Part shown: one piece after another, positions 53,973-64,000 of the stretch | Numbering within the stretch: the first letter of the stretch is position 1 | How the letters are laid out: every line of letters begins with the position of its first letter | Translations under genes and position numbers: made by a program | The notes under the pieces: model-generated | What the model saw: the letters and a program-made list of their open reading frames with translations, nothing else | The model's database searches: none | Told to the model about the DNA's origin: nothing | Source of the DNA: Octopus bimaculoides | Taxonomy: Eukaryota | Direction of reading: 5' to 3' | Length of the DNA: 64,000 nucleotides | Assembly (NCBI RefSeq): GCF_001194135.2 | Contig: NC_068987.1 | Coordinates: 7,197,639 to 7,261,638 of the forward strand

Positions 53973-54444
53973 CTCCTCCAGATTTATGTATTTCTACAAA
54001 CGATCCTATATGTATGTATGTTATGTATGTTATGCATGTATGTATGTATGTATGTATACCTAAAATGGAATAATATAGTGAAACATTCCATATTGAAATT
54101 TCTACATGTCTTGAACTGGAATGTTGTAAAGTCATGTGTACGTTTTGTCAAGAAAGCAAATGCTTAAATATCTAATGAGGATATAGATTGCTTGATTGAG
54201 TATCGGGGATAAACATCAAATTAGAGCAAAATGTAACAGTTTTTTTCTTTCTAATTGCTGTTCGCTAGAACTGTTTCCATGGATTTGAAGCATAGTTAAT
54301 TTATGACCCAATCAGAAGATAATTTAATTACTTTGACTGTCAGACATGGTAAATGAATGAATGTGTATGTACACATACACACGCATATAAACAGGAGTAT
54401 GTTGCAGCTGTAGAACACTACACGAGGCATAATAAAGAAAGTGA

Positions 54445-54668
54445 GATAAAAATATTGATTTCAAAATTTTCGCACAAGGCAAGAAATTTCAGGGGAGTGG
54501 TTGAGTTGATACAGCAACTCCAGTGCTCACGTGCTACTTATTAATGTCGATCCCGAAAGAATGAAAGGCAAAGTCGACCTCAGTGGAATCTGAACTCAGA
54601 ATGTAAAGACGGACGAAATACCGCTAAACATTTTGCCTGCGTGCTAACGATTCTGCCAGCACACCGCA
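54445..54668 (-). mobile_element. SINE family B
   Basis: GTCGATCCCGAAAGAATGAAAGGCAAAGTCGACCTC...GAACTCAGAATGTAAAGAC...GTGCTAACGATTCTGCCAGC. Confidence 0.8.
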
Positions 54669-54684
54669 TTAAACTAGATTAAAA

Positions 54685-54903
54685 TATTGGCTTCAAATTT
54701 TGGCACGAGGCCAGCAAATTTAGTGGAGGGGTAAGTAGATTATATAAGCCCCAATGTCAACGGGTACTTACTTTATAGACCCTGAAAGGAGAAAAAAACC
54801 AAGTCGATCTCGGCAGATTTCGAACTCAGAACGGAAAATTCGGATGAAATGACGCTAAGCATTTCTCGGACGTGCTAACGATTCTGCCAGCTCGCTCGCC
54901 TTG
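54685..54903 (-). mobile_element. SINE family B (second, adjacent copy)
   Basis: GGCACGAGGCCAGCAAATT...AAGTCGATCTCGGCAGATTTCGAACTCAGAACG...GTGCTAACGATTCTGCCAGCTCGC. Confidence 0.75.
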
Positions 54904-54946
54904 CCTTAACTGGTACATATAAATACATGTATACAAACGTGTGTCA

Positions 54947-54980
<34 letters not shown>

Positions 54981-56045
54981 NNNNNNNNNNNNNNNNNNNN
55001 NNNNNNNNNNNNNNNNNNNNNNNNNNNNNNNNNNNNNNNNNNNNNNNNNNNNNNNNNNNNNNNNNNNNNNNNNNNNNNNNNNNNNNNNNNNNNNNNNNNN
55101 NNNNNNNNNNNNNNNNNNNNNNNNNNNNNNNNNNNNNNNNNNNNNNNNNNNNNNNNNNNNNNNNNNNNNNNNNNNNTATATATATATATATATATATTAC
55201 GTCATACGTAAACAAACATAAGTTTGTTTTTAAAGCGTTGAAATGTACAGGAGAACAAGTAGAAAGACGTTTATTTTTTGCGACACATAAATACAGAACA
55301 GTATATATAAAGGATTTTTTTGCTCTTAAAAGAATTTTATCCTTTATATATACTGTTCAGTATTTACGTGTTGAAAACAATTTATTTTTCTACTTGTTCT
55401 ATCAATACATATATGTGTGTGTGTATATATAAATATATATACATATATACATACATATATATACATATATGAATACATATAATATTATATATGTATATAT
55501 AGAGAGAGAGGGGGAGAGAGGGGAGAGGGAGAGATAGAATACGTATTAAGATCTCAATCTGCTTTTGTTCGCCATAATTCTCTCCTCTGTTCCTACACAC
55601 CCAAGTAATAACAGCACGATTTGTTTCATCGTGTTAAATCTCTCCGCAATAAATATTATGGTGGACCATGATAGATATGTAGACATTATTACTTTTATTA
55701 CTCGTTTTGATATTAATTGTGTTTTTTTTTTCTTATTTAATGTAAACATTAGAAATTGTTTATATAATGAACTTTTAGATTCCCTTAATTCAGTTACAAC
55801 ATCGTCAATTTCACTTATATAGCAATAACTGATAAATATGAAAACAGCATGACTGTTTTCTTTCCAAATACTGAACTGAACTACACAAAAGTATTTCTCT
55901 GGAGAGATTAATGTAATATTTAAGGCTTTATGGAGTTAGAAATATGAGTTAGATGATGGGTATTTCACATTACAACAAATATCAATCAGCAGCAATCAAT
56001 AGGAAAAACAAAGATACACACACATACACATGTATATAAATGTAC

Positions 56046-56121
<76 letters not shown>

Positions 56122-56519
56122 GAATGTATGTGTATATGAATATATGTACATAGTATATGTATGAATGTATATTGCATAAGAAATTATTCTACCTATTATG
56201 CAATATAATATCCCTTGAGATAGCAGAACATTTAACATTCGGTGAAATTATTCTGGTTACAATGATGACGAATAATGATTATGATAAAATAGTAACAATC
56301 ATAATAATAATGATAATAATGATAATAATAATAATAATAATAATAGGTATCATAATATAAATGATGATGATAATAGGTGTTCTCAGAGAGATTAAATGGC
56401 AACATGAATAACAGTTAGAATCTGGGCTCATTTTCATTTATGCTAAAAATGTCATCAAGTCTAAAACAAAAACTTTTAGCAGAATTATTACTTCTCTAAT
56501 CTTATTTCATTGTATTTGA

Positions 56520-56559
<40 letters not shown>

Positions 56560-56775
56560 CATGTATACATATATAAAATACATGTATACATATATGTGTG
56601 TGTGGGTGTGTGTGTGTGTATAAGCGCATGCAAGTGTGCATATAATCGAATATATCTATTTATCTATATGCTTGCAGATGATGTACACACCCACAGAAAA
56701 CGCACATATGCGAACTATCACACGCACACAGGCACATATATATGTACACATACAATTACATATATATATACATAC

Positions 56776-56875
<100 letters not shown>

Positions 56876-57921
56876 GGCTGGTGTAGTAAACACGTTCTTT
56901 GTAGTCTAGCGATCTTTGAAAATAATGGCTGTGTTAATCACAAACTATCTGTCTATAATTTTATATTAGTATGAGAGTATGTGATATTGATGGTTATGAA
57001 AAAAGTCTGGCTAGTGTGTTTGACCGCTATGTCATTGGTGATATTTTAGAATCGCAAATATTAGCCAGAAAATATTAACTGAACTACGCGCTTTCTAAAT
57101 GATAATGTCTATATTAATAGAACAAATAATTCCACAAGCTGATCAAATGAATGTCAACGGTCTCCAGTTGCTAGTAACATTAACTAGAATGAATTTCTGA
57201 TTGAAATTGAATTTGGGCAAGTCAGTTTACATTATACCAAAACTTTTTACTGATCGAAAATATGTGTACAAATAGTCAATCGTCGAAAGATTAAATGTTT
57301 TACAAATGAACATAATGTGACAAGTTTAAGCTAGTGCGTAACAAAGTCTAAGGACGCAAAGCTGTGCTGGTGGCGGAGTGAAAATTAACAGAAATACAGA
57401 TGTCTAACTCTCTTCTGTTTGTAGTTCCCCGATGCAAAGATAACAGAGCACAATTTAACTGAAAAACCGGAAGTCTTTCGACGCAAAACTCTTGTGATGT
57501 TGGATTGGAAATTAGAAGACAGTAACAACAAGTGCCTTTCGACTTTAGACGAATTAAATTAAGCTGGCGTGTGTCGAGTGAAGTCTTACGGAGGAACATA
57601 GAAAGTGAAAGTCATACGAAGGAATATAAGAGATGCTACACAGATGGAAGTCGAACCAAGAAACGAAGGTCAGGCTTGGCGGAACACCGGTCACGTGGAA
57701 GAAGAGGAGAGAGGTAGGGGCAGATGAATTGAAGAATTTGGGAAGGACGAGAAAGAGAGGAAAAGAAAGGAGAGGGACATAGAGAAAAGTACAAAGGAGG
57801 TAAAGAGAAAGGAATGTAATGAGAATGAAGAGAAGGCCAAGAAATGTGAGAGAGGGGGAGCGAGAAAAAAAGAGGAAAGAAAGAAGAAAGTGTAAAGGAA
57901 GGAGTAAATGAGTCGTACAGA

Positions 57922-57979
<58 letters not shown>

Positions 57980-59225
57980 TTACATACAAGAAACCAAATG
58001 TGTACGTACGCCACTATACGTATATATTTAAAATGGAAGAATGTAATAGGCGGCAACAAAATATCCGGGCAGTGGCCGGCCAGATTGGAGCAGTCTCGAG
58101 TGTAAGCAGCCGAAACTGTAGGGATGATCTGGAACTCGACTGACGATAGAAAGCTCCCAATAGCCCGTCGATTTTTCTTTTTCACTGACCTTTTTTATAA
58201 CGTCTAACTGTCCGGATGTTTTGTTGTCTTGTTTATATATATATAAATCAGAGAAAATGACAGTCGACACATTTGATAAAAGTTATATTATTATTTAAGA
58301 ACTGCTTGATTCGGCTGCGTGCAACATATATTTTCGTTCGCTTGTCAAACGAACGTAGCTAGTCACGCTTAGGCGACCGAATGGAAGAATGGCAGAAGTT
58401 AAAAACGGTTACTGGAAGCATATGTCTATAAATTTCATGTGTGTATGTGTGTGTGTATGTATGTGTGTGCGTGTTTGTGTGCGGGTGTGTGTGTTGTGTA
58501 TATGTATGTGGATATAAGAAAAGAACATCAAAGAATGGAGTTAGCTAACAGTGTTTAATGTTTTGTGTACATATGTTTCATTGGCCTCAGTTAACCAGAC
58601 TTGCGTAACGCCATTTCTATTTTAACAACTACTTGTCTAGTTCATATACTGTAGAGATCTTCTTTAACAGTCCATACAGAAGTTAACTTGTCCGAATATA
58701 ACAACAAGCATTAAGCCGATTACTACGAATTGTCTGCTTGCTTATGTTCGGACCCTCAAGCTTCGGCATGGATAGTTAGGGTAGATTTCCGTAATACAAG
58801 GTAGTCCAGTAGTTATCAACAGGCAAATGACGATATGAAAGATTGGGTTACTGAACCTATGAAACATGCGTAAAGTAAACGATAAACGGAATTAGATAAA
58901 CCAATTCTTTGATGTTCTTTCATTATATATGGTCTACGGATGGTTTGTCGGCTGTTTCTCTAGTCTCGTATTTTTCGAGCATTTAACAACAATATACGCT
59001 TTTGATAAAACAGTTGCTCCCGTGAAGCAAATTAAATAAAATTTGGGATTTTGCGGAGGGTCAAAATAAATAACACAAAGAGGACAGTGAAAACAAACAG
59101 GAAGGGCTGCTAAGCCTAAACGAGGTTGTGGTGACGAACGCGTAAATCAAGCTAGGACAGGAGACAAACAAGAACACGTTTTCCTTATTCCAGCTACAAC
59201 GGAGAAAAGAAAGAAAGATGGCCGA

Positions 59226-59279
<54 letters not shown>

Positions 59280-59918
59280 TATTTATTCTTTCACGCTTCT
59301 CCGTATTGACTGTATTTGTTTAAAGACCAGGAACGAAAGAATCCGCTTGGCGTCACACAGAGGCTCGTATTTAAACAAGTTGTATTATTTATTCCAGTTG
59401 ACAGGATTCACACAGTGAGGGAAAAAAATCACAATCAACTTTGTATCGATAAATCTGTCTCAATGTCTAACCTCACTCTCTACTTCCTTTTCTTATACGC
59501 ACTTGTGTATATAGGTGCGTGAATGTATTTCTAGATGAACGTGCGCATGAGTGTATTTTCTATGGCAGAAAACTGCAAATAAATGCTCTAATCTAAGAGC
59601 GAAAGTAGAATTAATGGCTTTGATATAATGCAAACATTTGGATGTAAGATTGAATTTTATTCAATCATGATTCAGCTATCCTATTAGTTATTCTGTTATT
59701 TATCATTAATAAATACAGCAAACGTTAATGTAATAATATCGTTCATCACACTTTAGATTCCGTCTTTTGTTGCATTATTTCCTTTTCTACTTAAACAGCA
59801 AACATGCATCCATTATAATATATTCATATAGATATATATATTCATAAGCAATACGCTCACACACGCACGCGCGCATACACACACACACACTTTATTAATA
59901 AGGCTGCAAAGACATCAC

Positions 59919-59964
59919 AACTCTGTTACTCAGGGTTTCACGTTTCTGTTGGTCGGACAGTTTT
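59919..59964 (-). ncRNA. Degenerate minimal type I hammerhead-ribozyme-like motif
   Basis: Minus strand AAAACTGT-CCGACCA-ACAGAAACGT-GAAA-C CCTGA G-TA-ACAGAGTT follows the order stem I, core, stem II, GAAA, short stem III, GUA, stem I. The core deviates from CUGANGA at two positions. Confidence 0.3.
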
Positions 59965-60200
59965 GGTTTATATATCTATACATATGCATGCCTATATCAT
60001 ATGCATACATANNNNNNNNNNNNNNNNNNNNNNNNNNNNNNNNNNNNNNNNNNNNNNNNNNNNNNNNNNNNNNNNNNNNNNNNNNNNNNNNNNNNNNNNN
60101 NNNNNNNNNNNNNNNNNNNNNNNNNNNNNNNNNNNNNNNNNNNNNNNNNNNNNNNNNNNNNNNNNNNNNNNNNNNNNNNNNNNNNNNNNNNNNNNNNNNN

Positions 60201-60275
<75 letters not shown>
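60201..60275. repeat. (TG)n microsatellite
   Basis: Directly visible, begins at an N-gap. Confidence 0.95.
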
Positions 60276-60276
<1 letters not shown>

Positions 60277-60611
60277 CGTGTGGTGTGTGTGTAGTGATCT
60301 TGTTTATGCTTAAACTGAAATAGAATACAACATGTATCGGAAAAAATTTTGAAAATATAAAGGGAGAAAGCTGCTATACTGTTGGAGTCGTATATATTTG
60401 CTGTATAAATTATTCAGAGCAAGAAAACATCGTCTTTGATGGTTCGTATGCTATCATTGTGCGGGTTATCACATGATTTAATATATTTATCATTGATAAA
60501 TGTTCTCTGTAAGCATGCAGTGCAAACGATATATCATATAAATAATAAACATTAGGCCGTACGTAAATAAAATTATATATACATACTATATAAATACCAT
60601 TTTATATAGAA

Positions 60612-61570
60612 CTAGCAAAAATATCCGGCGTTGCTCGAGTTAAAGAGAATAATGAAATTTTAAAATGCCGTCTATATTATGCAGGTCTTAACTGCTAGTA
60701 GCTGAAATATCAACTTTCTACATTAATAACTCTCCAACCCATGCCAGCATGGAGCAGAGACGTTAAGCGACGTGTTAAAAGAAAGTTTTCAACTCATATA
60801 TGTATATAAAGTAAATACGCATAATTTAAATACACGTTTTGTGTAGCTCATTTCGTAACCAAAAGACAGGTGCATATTATAAACAATGAAAGACCGATTT
60901 TAGTGATTCATTTGACAGAGGTAGTAGAGAGCCAATCCGATGATAAATCTGACCTTGGATCTTGGAAGTTTGCATGAATCTTGGCTCAGTTATATCTCTT
61001 GTGGCTCCAAATGATGTCATCTGTAGTGCAGCGTTGAATTGCCTAATTTTGTTTTGGAAGTGCTTGGAATCTTGGTCAGTTGATGACAACATTTTCTTCA
61101 ATGGCTCTGGAGGTTGGGGGATTTCAGCGAGGTTAACCTTTCCACCACTGCAGCACAATGCTGGTGTCTCTGCAGGCTATTTGCGTGCTTTACAATGTAT
61201 GCATTCAGTTGTCATTGTACCAATGGAAACTCTAGTGACTTCTGTATAATGAACCGCTGGTTCATATTTGAAAGCTGCTTCAAAGAAGTTGCTTATCTGA
61301 GCTGTTGTGGAGATCTGTTCTGCAGTGGAGATCCTATTCCTTGTCAGCCGTGCATACCTCTGTTCATCACTTTGAGATGCTCTGGATTTTGTAGTGCACA
61401 GTCTGTTCGTTTCTTGGTGTGTTTCCCTTTCTGCTGCTGTCTCTCTTTCCCTGGACAGAAACATTCTTTTGGCTGACCTTGACATTGTAGACAAATTTGA
61501 CACTTTCCTTCTAGGCCTGGTTATATATGTATAGAGATATGCACAGGTGCAGAAGATAGTAAACAATGAA
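60612..61570 (-). mobile_element. Internally deleted Helitron with Rep/Hel N-terminal pseudo-ORF and 3' end
   Basis: Minus-strand 3' end CTCGAGCAACGCCGGATATTTTTGCTAG|T. One frame 61566-60877 broken by a single TAG at 61177-61179 encodes PRRKVSNLS...IGTMTTECIHCKARK*PAETPALCCSGGKV...FQNKIRQFNAALQMTSFG...KIQGQIYHRIGSLLP, the typical Helitron Rep/Hel N-terminal motifs. Confidence 0.9.
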
Positions 61571-61654
61571 AATACCTGGGTAACAGAAATTATATTTCTT
61601 AATACGATGGGCAGAAAGTAAATAAGATATTTTTACGGGAAAATAAAGAATTGT

Positions 61655-62484
61655 ATGGGTTGAAGTGAAATTTGTCAGTGGACCAAAGAGCCAATATCGA
61701 AAGAAACCGGAAAAAGTTGTTAACGGCAGAAAAATACAAAACCGTTGCAAAAGTAAATAAGAAATCTTTAGGGAAATTAACTAAGTGTACGGATTTAAGT
61801 GAACTTTTTGAAATTACTTTTGACAGTAAATTATTCACTAAAATCGCCATTGGCTTCAACCACGGTCTCAAGACGACTTCGGAATCTCCTGTAACTCTTC
61901 TGGATGGTCTCCTTGTTTAGGTTGGTGAATGCTGCCATAATCCTTGCCTTCAGTACATCATTAGTGTTACAATGAGCTTTGTTGGTCTCTCGTTCAACTG
62001 CGCTCCCCATATAAAAATGAAGGCCAGATATTAGGGGTGATGTGGCTGCAGAAATTGTCTGACATCCATGACAGGGTTCTCGTTGCCAGATATAGGGCCT
62101 TCCACCAGCCACCCTCTTGACCCAGGCACTTGATGTAGGCCTCCGTGTTGAGTATGAGGCCGTGTGGGATGATGAATGGAGGCATAACGTCACTATCACT
62201 AGTGATCACTCCAAACATCATGACGTTGATAGGATGTTTGATTTTTATCACTCTCGGTACATGTCCTCAGATTTCACTGACCTCAGATTGGCACCCAAAC
62301 ACTCTGAAATGTTCGTATTGGAGCTTCCGGCGTATCGTTTCCAAAATTCTGACAGAGTGAATTGCATCATGGTGTTGTTTTTCTCACAGATGTCCAACTG
62401 ATCTTAATATATTGTGTAGTCGACAAGATTAAAACCATATAATGCGCATACGTGAAATTAAAAGTAGAGAATCGCATGCCGTAT
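61655..62484 (-). mobile_element. Tc1/mariner (maT/DD37D-like) deletion derivative
   Basis: Fragments MMQFTLSEFWKR...NISECLG, IKHPINVMMFGVITSDSDVMPPFIIPHGL.LNTEAYIKCL, GRPYIWQ, NFCSHITPNIWP, AVERETNK...LKARIMAAF...RRFRSRLETVVEANGDFSE*. The catalytic Asp-bearing motifs are removed by deletions, so D spacing cannot be counted. Boundaries approximate. Confidence 0.8.
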
Positions 62485-64000
62485 ATGTGTGTGCGCGTGT
62501 GTGTATGACCGTGTGTATATGTGTGTGTGTGTATGCATGTGTGTGTGTCAATTTATGTGTGTGTGTATATGTGTGCGTAAGTGTGAATATATAGTTGGTT
62601 TATAGATGGATATTGCTACATCGCCCATATCTATGCGACTATATTGTTATTTACGTATACTCTAATGTAATCATATATATCTGTGTGTGTATTTGAGTGG
62701 TTATATTTAGGAAATAGATAATGAAGGCAGATAGTGGTATTTGTCATATGAAGTTAAACTTCAGTGAAAATTTTGCAGATGTCTATCTACCTGTCAGTTC
62801 TCTAAGTGATTGTATTCATTATTACGAGCAAATTGTGAAATTCTGTATCAAAGCTTTTAAATTTGACAATCATTCAGTTTTAACAAATAACATTAACAAA
62901 AATTGCAGCAATTCCGTAATATTTAATTTACGTTGAGCTATTTTAGCTAATGCTTAAGGTATTTTATATTTTAACGAATAGCTTTAATTACATTTATAAG
63001 TCATAAAATTCAAAATTTTATTCATTTAAAAATTAATCTTCTAAATTTGAGTATCGTTTAGCTTGTAGCGAATAACATTAAGAAAATCTACTGAAATTTG
63101 ATATCTGTGAATATTGTAGTTAAATTTTAGCTAATACTAATGACATTTTTGCTAGCATTTAAAGTGTTTTATATTTTAAAATATACTTCCAATTTCATTT
63201 AGACGTCATAAAATTGAACATTTTATTAATTAAAAAATTCAGTTTTATTTACTCTAAGATACTCGCAGATCTTACATTGAAATTTATTTCTTAATTCAAA
63301 TTAATTAAGAAGGTACGTAATACACTCTATAGAAGTGTGTGAGAAGCCCTGCTTTCTAAGGAGATGAGGAATATAAGAATTATATTTCATATTTATTGTA
63401 AACAAAATGAATGACTGCAAGAAGGCCGAATATTTGGTCATCGGAAAACTCCATTGCGGTATTAGTTTTTCAAGTTTGTGTTTCATCCTTATGGGGATGG
63501 TAAAATATACAACCAAGTATTGGCCGGTACTATAGCAAAATTGCTGACCTAGATACTAAATCAGAAATCACTGTAAATAAAACGAATATACATCGTTGAA
63601 GGGAAACAAACAAATTTTAAATGTATCTTGAGTATACTGTCCATTATAAAAATATGTTTTTTCGGAGAATTTAAACACTTAATACACTCTAAATCACATA
63701 AAGATCAAATTTTGGTTTCTATCGTAAAAATTATCTTTGAAATCAATTACTTTATACATTATGTATAAACAAAACATGAATGAACTAAAATTCGAATAAG
63801 CATAAAATCAGTCGATTAATACGATTAGAGACATTAATTCGGTTAAATGAAAATAAAAAGAAGACTGAAATCAGTTGAATAAGGTTGTTTTGGTTTGATA
63901 GTCAATATTTGAACAAAATTTAATACCAAAAGCGTTTGATGTGTTTTGGAAAGTACGTGTATATATAAAAAAAATACTTTCACTTCAATATCATTCAACA

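Noticed and set aside
57691-58185. 164-aa F/S/L-rich ORF
   Set aside because: Product of a GA-rich tract and a (TA)n run.
61599-61920. Overlapping 80-90 aa ORFs between the Helitron and maT fragments
   Set aside because: Antisense or alternate frames of the transposase 3' end and its UTR.

Overview
This is a strongly AT-rich eukaryotic scaffold segment with 19 N-gaps, most flanked by (TA)n, (TACA)n, (GA)n or (TG)n microsatellites. It reads as intronic or intergenic DNA. The SINE families and microsatellite style suggest an octopus (coleoid cephalopod); that is inference from recognition, not a search result. I could not recognise any host protein-coding gene, rRNA or CRISPR array, and most long ORFs in the track are read-through of microsatellites and N-gaps. 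The coding remnants I recognise are all transposon-derived: an R4/Dong-type RLE endonuclease (20.6-20.9 kb), LINE RT/APE fragments (21.9-22.8 kb, 27.5 kb), mariner C-termini (15.0 kb, 27.9 kb), a hAT deletion derivative with TIRs and an 8-bp TSD (32.5-33.0 kb), a Helitron Rep/Hel N-terminus with its 3' hairpin-CTAG end (60.6-61.6 kb) and a maT-like transposase (61.7-62.5 kb). At least three tRNA-derived SINE families are present in many copies. The least explained structure is a perfect 255/255-bp inverted repeat (49781-50035 / 51764-52018) with no TSD, inside a gap-free contig. Also notable are a ~283-bp diverged foldback (34.3-35.2 kb), a long-TIR element with GG termini and an 8-bp TSD (37.0-38.2 kb), a decayed minimal hammerhead-ribozyme-like motif (59.9 kb), a tRNA-like cloverleaf (48.6 kb) and an 11-bp-phased CACTTG array (38.4 kb). 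I see no clear evidence of a new multi-gene system.
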